NCBI GenBank assembly: GCA_012295275.1
Contig: CM022671.1
Span: 32,302,001-32,366,000 of the forward strand
Length of the DNA: 64,000 bases
Direction of reading: 5' to 3'
Origin: Chrysomallon squamiferum
Taxonomy: Eukaryota; Animalia; Mollusca
The position numbers and the translations under genes were made by a program. Positions 42,765 to 57,266 of the stretch are shown here, piece by piece. Below the pieces are notes generated by a model. That model searched no databases. It saw nothing but the letters and a program-made list of their open reading frames with translations, and was not told the origin of the DNA. The first letter of the stretch is position 1. Each line of letters opens with the position of its first letter.

Positions 42765-43269
42765 CCTATCTCTCTCTACCTATCTTTCTATCTTTCTGTC
42801 TACCTATCTCTCCTTCTTTCTGTATGTTGCGAATGTGTGTTCCAAATAAATTGTAATTTGGTTACGTGAAACACAGAAACAAATTACCTAGCATTTCTAG
42901 AGAATCAAATGATTACTGCTAACGTAAATGCAACCACTCCGATTCCAAAGTTTAATTACATTAACAAGAAGGCGAACAACTTTCGCTTATTAGATTAACT
43001 CCTTAATAAATAAAAGTACAGTGAAATTAATTTTAACAGCTGTAAAAGCTATTACGCATTTGTTTGTCGACTCAACAGTATGTGAAGGTTAAGATAACAC
43101 TTAACACAAACTAATCTATAGTAATTTCATTTTCAACGCGTTCTACAAATGTGCAAAATGCAGTAATGGTACCGGGGCAAAACTAGGTCAGATGCCAGAG
43201 AAACGGCGTGATGGCAAAATTACCGTTTGGACAACGATGATTGTAGAAATATCGATAATCGAAAACACG

Positions 43270-43325
43270 AAAGGACGATAATCTTCTAAATCATAAAAGT
43301 TAAACTGTACTACTGTGAGGTCACT

Positions 43326-43357
<32 letters not shown>

Positions 43358-43750
43358 AAATAAAAATAATAATAATTAAAAAAATGACAGGACGATAATC
43401 TTCTATATTACAAAAGATAAATTGTACCATAGTGAGGTGACTTTTATAAAAAAAAAAGAATAATAAAAATAATAAACAACAAAATATATAAATAAATAAA
43501 TAAATAAATAATAGCAGCCATTATAAAGAGTAGTAATTGAACGGCTATAATTGTGACAGTGAGGTCACTTTTCCCTGAATATTAAAGACAATTATAGATT
43601 ACTCTACCTCAGTAGGACTACTTTTATTATAAATAATTAAAACAAACGAAATACGTGTATACCACACTGAAGATACTTTTATTATAAATTATAAAAAACA
43701 CAATGAAATACGTGTATACCACATTCAGGATACTTTTATTATAAATAATA
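43270..43750. repeat. Degenerate direct repeats (gacgataatcttcta...gtgaggtcactt; tacttttattataaa...aatacgtgtataccaca)
   Basis: Motifs recur near 43273, 43391 and 43555, and near 43620, 43675 and 43730. Confidence 0.6.
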
Positions 43751-44132
43751 AAAGACAGGCATAGATGAATGAACCACAGAAAGATTCTTTTTCTTATAAA
43801 CACTTGTGATTAGAAAATCACACGAAAATCTCAGCACGAGCCCGTTTCTTGCTTCTGACTGAAAACACAATGGCGATGAAAGACTTTCACGAACGTGCAT
43901 TCATCTATCTCGTGATTTGTACGTCATCACTCTTTCACTGAGCAGCAGAGCTGACTGGACACAGATGTTTTTATCAGTCTCTTGAAAATCTCCACCATAA
44001 TGGAACCCTGACACCCAGTTTACACTCTGCATACAAAACAGACCTGGTCTATGTATCTTTATGCACAGCGGTAAGAACCGTTTCATCAGCTTTCTAAATC
44101 TCGTATGCTGATGTTCTTAAGACTGCAAAAAC

Positions 44133-44190
44133 CGGCTGCAGCTTAGTGGTAAAGTGCTTGGCTGATGTGTGACAGCAGTGGGACTGGTTT
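44133..44190 (+). mobile_element. Degenerate tRNA-derived SINE head
   Basis: gcagcttagtggtaaagtgcttg resembles a Pol III A-box/D-arm. There is no intact B-box or cloverleaf. Confidence 0.4.
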
Positions 44191-44375
44191 TATCTCCGAT
44201 TACTAAGTCTCCAAAAGCAGCCTAATGTTCTTAAAGTTGTAGAGAAGGTTTGTAGAGTTGTAGTAAACTCGTAACTGAAGCGTGATCAAATTTTTCTCGA
44301 TGTTTCCACAAGTCTGTTTGGAAACAATATCCCATCAAAGGACTTGGTATGCGATTTATTTTCTGTTTGAAAGAT

Positions 44376-44414
<39 letters not shown>

Positions 44415-45225
44415 ATATGTGATAGTTAATATTAATCAGAGGAAAGAATACAGTGAGTTCCCTCTCCTATTATCATCATAATACAAATCTCAGTTATTTT
44501 AAATTTAGTAAACGTTAATATATGTTGAAATATTTGTTTACCTAGACATTAAGTTTGTTATTCTAAACTGAAGTTTCTTTCTGAGGACAACCCCCCCTCA
44601 ACAACAACAAAATAAAAAACATCAAAAAACAACAACGCTTAAGTAACCTTTGCTCTATATCATTTAAAAATATAGTTCTCGAAGAATGTTAATTAATATC
44701 TAGCACAAATTAATAGTTTTTATCAGAATGCTTTTGTCTGCGGTGGTTTCAGCCTGCAGTTTGTTTTGTTTATCAACGCGACCGAAATAAAAATGGATTA
44801 ATGTTTTCTTATTAGTTATTTAATGTCAGCTTTCAACAGTGGTACAAAAGTGTCTAGAAAAGGAAAGAATCGTAAAAGATAACATCACGAAGAACTGACC
44901 CATAAAACCATCACGTCAGCAGCTACGTTTCCAACCGCAGATACACAGCCCATTTCTGTTTCAGCAGATTAAAACATACACTTGTTTTGGCGTCTTCCTT
45001 CACTTTTCACCTAAATAAAGATTAGATACTGAGTTACAAATTAGGTCTACTTTGTAATAAATCACTCTATTTCGTCAGTCTAATCTTTAAGTCCTGCAGC
45101 ATTAAGTTTCCGAATTACATTAATTATATTCCGTAAGCGATGATGTATAGACCAGACAATGCGAGATTATATAACCTTATTGATTGGCGTCTTTCTTTCT
45201 TCGTATTGTCTCTTTTTCTGAATAC

Positions 45226-45330
<105 letters not shown>

Positions 45331-46558
45331 ACTCACTCTCTCTTTCTCTAAAATGCTCGTGTGCATTTTCCTATATGTTTTTGTTAATGTGTATGTCTAT
45401 GTACAACTGAATATACACACTTACCGTACGTGCATGTAATATATAAGCATACCTATTTTTGTGTGCATAGTCACTAATGTTTGGCACGTCTATGTTACCA
45501 TGCTTAATAAATTCATTAGCTTTACCCGTTTTTGTTGTAATTAGATGTTATACTAATCCTTTGCTGTTAATCAGGATTCATTATTATTAATACTATTACC
45601 TAATAATACTATTATCCAGTGAATACAGTTATATAAAAGCCAATTCCATACCAGCCTCTTAGCTTTGGCACAAAATTTCACTCAGGCTTTTCAGCAGTTA
45701 TTTGTCATGGTGAAAATTATAGCGATAGTCTTTAGTGGAAATTTCTTCTAGGCTGACATATACAGAGAGCACATACACAAAAATCGATATAAAAACAGAC
45801 AAGAATAATAATGATGATAATAAATAAACAAAATAAAATAATGACAAGGTGAAAAAATATAAATAATTTAAATAAATAAATTAAAAGAAAAAATATCTTT
45901 TTAATATAATATTATATTACCAGTAAGAATTTGTTATTAGTCTGTATCGATTATTGTTTTGAGAAAAAAAAAATTTTTCTTTGTTTTATTTTTACACACA
46001 CACACACACACACACATAAACATATATTAACACAATCACATATACAAACGAACATATATGCACACTCACAAGCAGTACACTCAAACACTCACAAACACAC
46101 GTACAGACACACAGATACTCTCACACATCGGTAAGATAAAAAATAACTCCATTTTAAACAATTTTTGACAAACGCAATGTCAATGACAAGAGCGTCTCCT
46201 CATATTTTTTTTATTTCACTTCCTCCTTGGCGTTTTCTTGTTTCAAGAAAGTATTTGTCTTCCGTGCCGTGCTTAGAGACAGTTATGGAAAATCTATACC
46301 TGACTAATTTTTTACTAAAAGAAAACTGCTGATCTTTGGTGCTTTCTTTTACGGCAGACTTGCGTGCGACGTCTCAGCTTATTTGTAAAAAGAAACATCG
46401 CGTGTTTCTGCCAGCTTCTTCCTCAGAATTAACAAGCACCAGCGGTTTTCTTCCATTCAACGTTAAAACAGAATGACTGTATGATATTTTTAAATTCGTT
46501 TACAAACATAGAAAATGCGGAGCTATATCTTTTTTAAATTCTCTTTGTAAAGTAAATA

Positions 46559-46618
<60 letters not shown>

Positions 46619-46651
46619 CATAGTCATATATATATATACATACATACACAT

Positions 46652-46691
<40 letters not shown>

Positions 46692-47194
46692 ACACACACA
46701 ACAGTTACATACATATGTATGTCCAAAATATACATACATACATATATTCATTCACGAAAACATACGTATACATACATACACTGACATACACATCAATAGA
46801 TTCATACAAACATACAAACACACAGATAGGTTCACATATATTTAATAACTAATGTTCATATCACGCACACACACAGACAAATCGGTTTAGATCAGGTACG
46901 TTTTTATCGATTTTCTTGCTTTCTGATACACATACAGATGTATACCACGTATCTATTATTTATGTTTAAAAACTAGTTTGAATCACGCCAGATGTTGTGT
47001 AAAGGTTACAGACAGTTTTGTTTGGATGATAAAGTAAACAGTTAATAAACATAACACTGCTACAGGTATTTTGGATTTATGCGTGTTATCTGTGTATGTG
47101 TGTAGTTTTGTGTGTGTGTGTCCATGTATATAAGTGCCTATATTTAAATATGTATGTGTATATTCATGTATATTTATATATATATATATATATT

Positions 47195-47228
<34 letters not shown>

Positions 47229-47820
47229 TGTATGTATGTATGTATGTATGTATGTATGTATGTATGTATGTATGTATGTATGTATGTATGTATGTATGTA
47301 TGAATGTACGTATATATATATATATATGTTTATGTGTGTGTGTGTATGTATGTTTATATTTCTGTATCTGTGTTTGTGTATCGTGCACGCACGCTATAGA
47401 AATTGCTGGCACTGATTCACAGACAGGGTTAAGAGTGTATTGTTAATTGGCATCTCGACCCAGTAACAGTGTAATACGATAGAACACGTGATCTATGACC
47501 AGGTGTTATAATACCGTAGTGCAGAAGCGAATTAAATGTTTATTTGAATTGATTTTTACGACAAGGGTTGTATCTGGTTACACTGCTGTGGCATCACAAA
47601 TACCCAATCGGCGTAAGCCACGCCAATTTGATGAGTATCAATAGTCATCAGTTTTCATGATTATATCTTGCAGGCAGTGAGAATTCTTGAGCCAGTATCG
47701 GAAGCCCAGGGACGTCGATGATTCAGCGCGCGGTGGACACTGGAGAACGCTTCTCCCACAATGCACCGCTGAACGCCGCGGAACGCTACATGTGCAGAAT
47801 GTAATTCTTGCCGTCTCGGT

Positions 47821-49119
47821 ATGGATCTGTGCAACTCATCGTGTTCAAAGATTATTCAGCAACCCATGTTCGTCAGAAACTGCAGCGACGTCGTGATGGG
47901 AGACGTCGTGTCTCCAGCCTGCGGCTCCGCCGCGACTGGGATATCGAAGTTGGAAACTTCTATTATGGCGCTCTTTTTAGCGCTGGTTTTTCTGGCCAGC
48001 GTTTTTGGAAATATCCTGGTGCTTTTTGTGTTTTTCAAGCGGAGCAGTTTGCTGACGATATCCAACCGATTCATCATCAATTTGACTGTGTGCAACTGTC
48101 TCAACACCGTGTTCGTTATGCCGTTTGTGTTCATTTCTGTCTCTACCAAAAAGTGGCTATTCGGAGACATCTGGTGTCAAGCAACTGGATTCTTCATGAA
48201 CGTGGTTTTCGGCGCCAGCACTTTGACTCTGGTCGTGATATCGTTTGACAGATATTGCGCGGTTGTTACACCCCTTCATTACAGACTGTGGGTGACCACA
48301 AAACGATTGTCTTTAGCCATCATGGCCGTGTGGACCATTGCCGTTGCGTCGTCAGTGCCGCCGTTGCTTGGATGGAACCACATCGAATTCCAGAAGAACA
48401 AGATGGTGTGCACGGTGAAGTGGGCGAACAGAGCTCTGGGGGACAGGTCGTACACGCTGTTCCTTGTCAGTATTTGCTTCGTTCTGCCTCTCATCGCCAT
48501 GTTGTGGACGTACTCAGTGATATTCCGAGCTGCCCGGTCAAACAGCGAGAGAACGAGAAAGAGCAGCATCGTTCCGTCTGTCCTTTCAGACGACTTGATT
48601 AAGTCTCCGCTGAGAATAGAGCGTCGACGAAGCAGCAGCAGCACTGCCCCGATTCTCATCCGTCGCCTGAGCGCGTCCAGTCGTTCCAACTCTCTGCTAA
48701 TGAAGATGGAGGAGTGGAAAGCGGCTCTAACGAGTTTTCTCGTTCTCTTTTCGTTCATCGTGTGCTGGCTGCCCTATTTCGTCGTCATCGTTCTCGAATC
48801 TACGCTACCAAAATCAGAACCGTTGCCGTCGGCTCTCGGCACCATGTCCATTGTCCTTGCGATGCTGAGTTGTGCGTGCAACCCGTTTGTGTACGTGTTC
48901 AGAAGTAAAATATTTCAGACAGAACTCCGAGACATGATGTTTAACAAGAAAACCAAAGTGAAACGCATCATTATTAACAGACCCGTCTGCAGCAGACGAT
49001 GTTCTCTCCCAGTGTCGACAGAAAGACATTTCAGTGACAGAAGACCTTCTCTTCCAGAGCCTCTTCATACGTCACCAACTGTGACGTCACTTGTGACGAC
49101 ATCTCTTCAGAATATATAA
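47821..49119 (+). CDS. GPR161: Rhodopsin-family GPCR, GPR161-like (432 aa, intronless CDS)
   Basis: Seven hydrophobic segments with GN (TM1), DRY, CWLP and NPFVY. LTISNRFIINLTVCNCL mirrors GPR161 TM2, including Asn at 2.50. A splice acceptor tcttgcag ends at 47673 in the 5' UTR. The orthology call is from recalled similarity. Confidence 0.88.
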   Translation: MDLCNSSCSKIIQQPMFVRNCSDVVMGDVVSPACGSAATGISKLETSIMALFLALVFLASVFGNILVLFVFFKRSSLLTISNRFIINLTVCNCLNTVFVMPFVFISVSTKKWLFGDIWCQATGFFMNVVFGASTLTLVVISFDRYCAVVTPLHYRLWVTTKRLSLAIMAVWTIAVASSVPPLLGWNHIEFQKNKMVCTVKWANRALGDRSYTLFLVSICFVLPLIAMLWTYSVIFRAARSNSERTRKSSIVPSVLSDDLIKSPLRIERRRSSSSTAPILIRRLSASSRSNSLLMKMEEWKAALTSFLVLFSFIVCWLPYFVVIVLESTLPKSEPLPSALGTMSIVLAMLSCACNPFVYVFRSKIFQTELRDMMFNKKTKVKRIIINRPVCSRRCSLPVSTERHFSDRRPSLPEPLHTSPTVTSLVTTSLQNI

Positions 49120-52100
49120 TACTTATTATTTCACACTGTTTATTAACGTTTATATTTTACTATATTATACAGTTATTGTCATTGACGTTTTAAATGATAT
49201 TGTTTTATATTTTTTATTAATATTAGATGTTATTTACGCTATACATGTATCTAATTTATTGTTTCATATTCTGAATTTTAAGTATTATTATTATTGCATA
49301 TATATATGAAAACAATCATGATTTATTTGTAATCTTTGATCGCATATTGACAACCTTTTATGAGATAACAAATGTATTATTCACCTGTATTATTTAATAT
49401 CTATTTGAAACATGGAATTATATCAAAATATTTTTTGTTTTGCATAATTTAATTTGTGTAAATCCATTTAGAAATGGTACTGTTGTGTAGTTCTTAATAT
49501 GAAAACATTTTGCTATCATATACTCACTCCTACAGCTAACTGGAGAGATCTGATTACTTTAAGATCATTTTTTCATTCAGTATGCGCCATACAAGAATTG
49601 GCTTTAAATCTGAATGCTTATCATTTTTGACACTGAGAAAAATAAAGAAATAAATTGAACAATATTTGATGAAACGTCTCAAAAACTGTAGTGTCTTGTT
49701 GAGTAAAATTTGGTTTCACTGTTGCAACCAGTGACAAAATTTAATTAGGTATTTAGATTCTCATTCAGAAACACCACTGAAAAAGGTATAGACGCAGATA
49801 AGGTATATCAGAAACTGTATATGAATGTGTTTGTAGTATGTGTACATGTGTACAATGTAGATACACACACATTGCTTTGCATTACTTTGTATTACTGGAA
49901 TTTCATATTTTGCATATATTAATAATATTACCGAAAATTAAAATAACACCATGCATGAATTAAATTGAGTCGTGCCTATATATTGATATATATATACGCA
50001 TGCACGTAAAAACAAAGGTTTTCATAGAAATGATTTTGATTCAGTTAAATTAGGGGGGAAATATGCATAAAATTATAAGAAGATTATAATTCTTGCTTTC
50101 GAAATATTCATACAAAAAGTTTCTATAAAATATTCTATCTTGTTATTGTTTTATACATAATGCAACAAAACATTAACACATGCAGTACAGTATAGTAATT
50201 TCCATTTCGTAGCATTTTCACCCGAAGGCTATGTAAGAATTATTGCATTTTTTTCACATCCAGCAGCCGAAATATTAATCAAAAGGTGTTATCAAAATTA
50301 TTAACTTTCAACAATCAAAAGAACAGACTGATAAACTAATTATATATCAAACAAATGATAATATTAATATTATCAGCAACTCCAATTTTTTGAAAGAAGC
50401 AATAATATTAATACGACCAGCGCTATGTATGAAATGGGAAATCATATCTGTGTATCAAATGTGGTTACTGCGTTCTGGAGACTTTATATTTGTATTCGTT
50501 TAGACAAGGGTCCTTGGGGGTGTGTTCTGATATAATCATGTTTGATATTGGACTCGGCTGTGTGTGAGAGAAGAAAACGAAATCAGTCTTGTCATGCACA
50601 AGATCAGTGTCTTGAATTCCCTCGTGATTTCCCGGCTTCACAGCACGACCAAGGTCACGACGTCTCCAGCGTACAGCGACGTGTTTTGTCCTTCGTTTTT
50701 CTGCGAATTCTCACACACAGGCGCTTTATTAATAACGAAGTGAATTATTGTTAATTCTGTGTTACTTCGGAATATTTTTTTTTATTTTTTTAAAAAGTGA
50801 AGGAAAAGAAAAATAATAAATTAATAATAATGATAATGATGATGGTGATAAATTAAAGTAATAAGCGAGAAGTATTCCCTTGACTGCAGCAGCAGCAGCA
50901 GTTGTCATATGTAGATCGATTTTTGTTTCATAAATTGGACAAGTTTTTGGTTTTTCTTGTGTATCTAATTGCAAGATGATTTCTATTATTTTCTCTGGGT
51001 CTGATTAGTTCAAGGAGATATTGTATTACGTAGATTTGTTTCCTGAATTTCATCATGAATGAACTGAATTGGGTATTTGTTTAAAGACATCTCAGTTCAT
51101 TTCAGTATTGAAGACAATTTTTTTTTTTTTTTGCACGGCAGCCATTTTCTGTTCACTCGCTTTCCATATAACAAAATAAAGATGTTTATTTTCATTTAGT
51201 GAATATTCTACAGTGTTGTTAAACTTGTTAAAACTGTCTGTAGAATGAGATTCTATACAATTTCTCATGTTCATGTACATTCGTCACTGAAGTCGGAGAT
51301 TATTACAAGTTTTAACTAATTTCCACACATTTCCATTTAATACCGGCAATGTCTGTTTAAAGGTTGCACTGATTTCTTGATTTTTTTTTTTTTTTATTTC
51401 CACTTAAAATATTTATTTATGTTTTTATAATTTAATTATATAGAAATGAAAACTGACAGAGTAGAAAATATTTGATTATTTTTATTTTATTTAAAAAAAT
51501 TTGTTTAGTACTCGTCTGTGTTTTGTTAAATAGCTTTGGAAATATTTAAGATTATATTTGTAATAATACATACATACATGCACATGCTTACATACACATA
51601 TATGCATACACATACGTAAACATATACATATATATATATATATACAAACATACATACAAACACATACACATACATACGAGGATATATTGTTACACATTGT
51701 ATTATGTACACGTAGTTTACGTCACCTTCATAATAAATATGATTTTTGTGTATTTTTTTAATTTTATACTTTTGTATATTTAATTTTTGTATAATAGTTT
51801 CTTGATATTTATAGATATGGTAGTAGTAGAAATTATGCTTTTTAAAAAAAAAAAACCCAGTTTCATCTGGTATGAAATAATACGTGTGAATGAGTGCGTG
51901 TCTGCGTATAAGTGTAATTTAAAATATATTTCTACACACACGTATAATATATGTGTGTTTATTCACATTAACGAACGTATCTTTCTGTCTGCGTGTCTGG
52001 AAGTGTGTGTGTAAGTTAGCATATATATATATGTGAGTGGGTTTTTTTTGGGGGTGTCCCACAGTGCACATGTTAGTAAGAACATGCATGTTTTTGTACA

Positions 52101-53273
52101 TGTGTTTTGTATGTTTGACATATAACACATCATTTTGTAAGATTGTCATTTTCTAAATTATTATGATTTTTTTTTTTTTTTGGCGTATCCCGTATTCAAC
52201 ATTGTGAACTATCTATATTATTACATTCTATTACGTCATCAGCATTAATGTCGTGACGTTATTTGTACCGTATACAATCATAGTTATAAGTGCATATTGA
52301 AAATCTGTACTGTCATCTACATTTTGATATTATATATTGTTTTTACATTAACCATTGTCTTTGTTTTATTTCTTTGCGTCTTTTTAATTACTTTTGGCCG
52401 ATTAAGGTTTAAGAAAGGGATTCAAATTACTGAGACAGAGTGAAAACGTAATATATTATAAATTATGTTTATGTATCTATGTTTATGTGTTTGTGTGTGT
52501 ACGAGCGTTTATACATGCGTGTCTGTGTTAATTTGCAAAAATTAAATTTTGACGATACTTCAAAACATTTTACTATGAAAAGTGAATTACCAAGTATATT
52601 CTTGTTATTTTCATGGGTTATTTCAGACAGAAAACCTACAGTCGTCATTTCAAACGCTACTTTTCTCATTAGCAACAAGTGATATTTTTGCCTGGACCTT
52701 CCCACAGACAGGAGATACATGCCCCTGGTATTTATTATCATTTCTTTTTTTCTTTGGAATTATTTATAGCAAAACAGACAAACATAGGATGACGGATTCT
52801 GCAACTAATTGCACCACTGAACTGTACGTGTGCGTTCGTGCATGTGAAACAGAAAGCTACAAAGACAGCCGATATTTTACAAGACATTCATGTCCGCCTT
52901 GATATGACGCCTGTTGTTCGATGCTGTCACAAATGTTTGACAGCAAAGCCAAAATTCCTCAATTATAAAGAAATAATTTTATCTCTGCAACAACAATAGT
53001 TAATAGCATTACATTTTGACAAGAAACAGACTTGGAAATAATCCTTTTCTGACTGGTAGAAAAAAAAAAAACCACGAAGATCTTGAAAAACAAAATATAA
53101 TAAAATAAGGAGAAATTAAGATCAGCTGCCTGCATGGCTGCAGAGAAAATGTCAAAAGAATACGAAAAAAAAACAAATAAATAAAATTAATAAAAAACAA
53201 TGCATGCCAGAAAGAATCGTGTAAAACGTCAAAATTTATGAAATGACAGAGCCTGAGTGAAGATGACGATGAC

Positions 53274-53309
<36 letters not shown>

Positions 53310-54502
53310 ATGATGGTAATGATGAGGATGATAAAACTAAGAAAGATTAACATAATGCGGCTGCAAGCGTCTCACGTTAACAGACTTGCAAAACACAAAA
53401 GATCATTACGATGATGAAAAATGTACAAAGCTACATAACGGCAGATATTATGTCAAAACTTAGGTTTTCTCCCAAAGGAATTTTTGTATGTTACAGAGAA
53501 CGTACAAAACTTCACAGAGGCAAATACGGCGTCAGAATAATTAAAACTAGCAAAAATGATGGCGAAGACCATTAAGAAGTGTCAAAATTTACAGAAACTG
53601 AATGGAATAATGAGGAGAAGGTTAGAGAGAGACAACGTGTCCTGAATACTAAAATCAATATTTAAACACTACAAAGTCAATTCCTCTGAGGATTTTTCAA
53701 GTAAAAAGAGAATAAATTTTAAAGCAAGAACAAAGATGTAATTACTTTGGTCACAAATGTGACAGGACATAACTAATTCTTCAACAATTGTTGTTCTATG
53801 AAAAAGAAGAAGAAGAAAAAAAAATTTAAAAGCAATTCCCGCAGTTCAGCACTACATTTAAAAAAATATAAAAAAATTCATGTTGCTTAAATCTGATTAT
53901 TTCATAGAGGTTCAAGTCCTTTAAATTGCATAACCAGTAAAAAAAAAAATTCTTTTCAAGTTACCAATTCGAGAAAAAAAGTCAAAGAAATAATTTTTAA
54001 AATTTTCGCGATCATTGCTGCAAGCTTTTCGAACATAATTGTTCTCGAAATGTTTTGTTTTTTTCACCATACCAGATCGTTTTTTTTTACACCCACATTC
54101 AGATTTTTATAAATTTTAGAATAACACGAACTCTGGAATTTTCAGTGATAGTTACGACAGTAATTTTTCATCATAATTATTAAGAAGACCTTGCCACACA
54201 TATATACACATAAACGTACAGACACACATACAAATCAGTCACGCGTTTTCTTATTGCGACATTTATTCTGTACTAATTTTATTTTATTACAAAAAATAAA
54301 AAAAATAAAAACCAAAAAAAAAAACCTTTTGATTAGGAAAAATTGCGAAACAACAACAACAAAAAAAAAATAAATAAATAAATAAATAAAAAACAAAAAA
54401 CAATCAATTTATTCTTCAACTTTAAAAAACAGTTCAGATGGGAGAACAGTTTACTTCAAGCTCAGAAAATGAACTAAAGTGTTTACTTATGTATTCACTG
54501 AA

Positions 54503-54617
54503 CTACAAGTCCTTGCAAAGGTTTGGATCGTGCGACCTGGCAGTTTTCAACTCACACAGAGAGTTTCTTTTACACGAACCACTGCATGGGCCAGTCGGAG
54601 CAGACTTCATGAAATAT
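54503..54617 (-). CDS. SMPD1: Acid sphingomyelinase-like, last exon (YFMKSAPTGPCSGSCKRNSLCELKTARSHDPNLCKDL*)
   Basis: Acceptor tttattttcag, phase 2; ASM-type C-terminal Cys pattern; TAG stop. Confidence 0.9.
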
Positions 54618-54739
54618 CTGAAAATAAATAAATAAATAACTAGCCATATAGACAGATAGACAGATAGACAGATAGACAGGCAGACAGATAGATAGACAGA
54701 CAGGCAGACAGACAGACAGACAGACAGACACATACAGAC

Positions 54740-54776
<37 letters not shown>

Positions 54777-54946
54777 TATAGATAGATAGATAGATTGATA
54801 GATAGACAGACAAACAGATATACACATACAGACAGACAGACAGACAGACAGATAGACACATACAGACAGACAGACAGGTAGATTGATAGATAGACAGGCA
54901 GACAGACAGACAGATAGAGACATACAGACAGACAGACAGATAGATT

Positions 54947-54984
<38 letters not shown>

Positions 54985-55290
54985 TAGAAAGATAGAAAGA
55001 CACACACATAAATAAATAAATATGACAACTGTTGTTTAAATTATGTTTTAGTAATTTACAATACATTTTAAGAATCAAAACGTTTTGTAACTGTTAAATA
55101 AAACAAAATAACAAGATAAGACACTATTATATATCAGTGACTGTTTATTTGCCAGTATTGTTACTACTACTGCTTAATGCTTCTGCAACTGCTACTACTA
55201 CCACTACTATTCTTGTTATTGCTACTATTGCTACTACCATCACCATCATCACTACTGTTACTAAATGTATAATTATTTATTATCATCGTA

Positions 55291-55361
<71 letters not shown>

Positions 55362-55816
55362 CACCAACATCATCGTCATCATCATCACCACCAACATGGC
55401 TATCATCATTAACATCTCAATCATAACTGTAATTGTTTCAACAAGTGACCAATAGAGAAATCAATGCTTAAACCATTGCGTGTGAAGAGTTTTTGCTGTG
55501 TTTTATTTCTCGTAATTATCATAATGAAGAGTGTCGTTATTAAAAAAAAAAAAAAAAAATTATTTTGTCTGTGGACGTTCATTATCTTGTCTTAATGTCT
55601 ACGTGTTTATATTCCTCACTGATGTTTTCCGTGTGTCTGCGTACCACGGAAAATAATTAGTCACGCGAAGAATATTCATCGATTGACAAACCAGGAACAA
55701 CTGATAAACATTCGTACATCATTTCTGAATCAAAGAACTTCACAGTAGAATACACAAACATACTTTACTTATGTACTTATTTACTTACTTTACCGATGCA
55801 TACGTACACAGATCAT

Positions 55817-55900
<84 letters not shown>

Positions 55901-57171
55901 GAACGCGAAAATGGATTTGTAAGAAACTAAATGTACAAGTACTAAAATTAGTAGATGTCGAAGTAGCTGTGGTAGTAGTTGTAGTAGTGAAGGTAGTACA
56001 AGTACTAAAATTAATTATAGTTGCAGTAATGATAGCAGTAGTAGCAATTTTAGTAGCAGAAGTAATAGAAGCAGTAATAATAATAATGATGTTTTATTAA
56101 TTAATAATATGAAGAAGAAGAAAAAAGAATACTGTAGTATTAGGAGCAGTAGTAGTAGTAGTAGTGGTAGTAATAGTAGTAGTAGTTGTTGTTGTTGTAT
56201 TAATGTCGTTATGATGGTAGTAACAGCATGGACAGAGGGAGACAGAGTCGTAAACAGAAATTAGAAAGGAATTATAAAAACAAGTGATATAATAAAAGCA
56301 AAATCACAGCAAGAGAAAAGATACGTAGCGTTGCCATTTTGATCCTTATTCCAGTAATTTATTACATTCAAAAATCATTAAATAACCGATTTCTTTGAAC
56401 CCTTTCTTTGAGGTTTGTTTTTGTAGTCTTAATGGCAGAACCAACTTTAGTGGATAAAGAAGAAAAACATTCCAGAATTTCCTAAATATTGATTTTGTTA
56501 ATATTAAAACCGAGACGACAAGAGATATTACAATATTTATTTCTTCCATGCCAGTAATAAAAGCAAAATACTGCATTAATTTTTAATCTGCGTTCAAAAT
56601 ATATCATTCAGATAAATGCTTTTAAACATATGGGTTCGTTATTAAGAATGGCTCGTAAATGTAGCAGAAGTCGGTGAATGAGTTTGTTGACATTAACATG
56701 AAGAAAGTACGAGAGTTACATTGGAATTAGTTAGAAAAGTGTTTGTATAAAAATGACACAAACATACATACATAAACATACATGATTACATATGCATACA
56801 CATACAAACATAAATACATACATACAAATATTTACATGCATATACAGACACAACCACATTCATACGTACGTACACAGACACAGACAGACATACACATAAA
56901 CATATGCTATATAATACGAACATGGATAATTATATCTATGTGTTTTTATGTGTGGGTAGGCTGTTTTGGATACATGCACAGGTGAATCTACTGCTCACGT
57001 AAAAAAACAGATGAGCAGAAAACTCACTGTGAGTAACAAACAACAACAAAGTCAATGACCGTATTCCCTCCTAAGGCGATTTTCCTAATACATGTAATAA
57101 CGTGCGTCAGTAGTACGTAATTTAAGCTGAGCGAGTGAAATGTGTCTTAATTAACAGTAAATAGCACAAAC

Positions 57172-57266
57172 TTGCGGTAAGTCTGGAACAGCGTATCGTT
57201 CGTCTTCATTCGGTAAATAAGTTCGTTCCAGTCCGTCGGGTAAAGAGACTTGAGGTTGTAAGTGGC
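57172..57266 (-). CDS. SMPD1: Acid sphingomyelinase-like exon (ATYNLKSLYPTDWNELIYRMKTNDTLFQTYR)
   Basis: Acceptor tttatttcag, donor AA|GTTTGT, phase 0-2. Confidence 0.9.

Noticed and set aside
44133-44210. tRNA gene
   Set aside because: Only an A-box-like 5' part is present, with no T-arm GTTC or acceptor-stem pairing; treated as a SINE relic.
47856-49068. Overlapping alternative-frame and antisense ORFs within the GPCR
   Set aside because: By-products of the GC-richer coding sequence, with no recognisable motifs.
54570-55078. LSVC/LSIY-repeat ORFs
   Set aside because: GACA/GATA tetranucleotide microsatellite; only 54503-54617 is coding.
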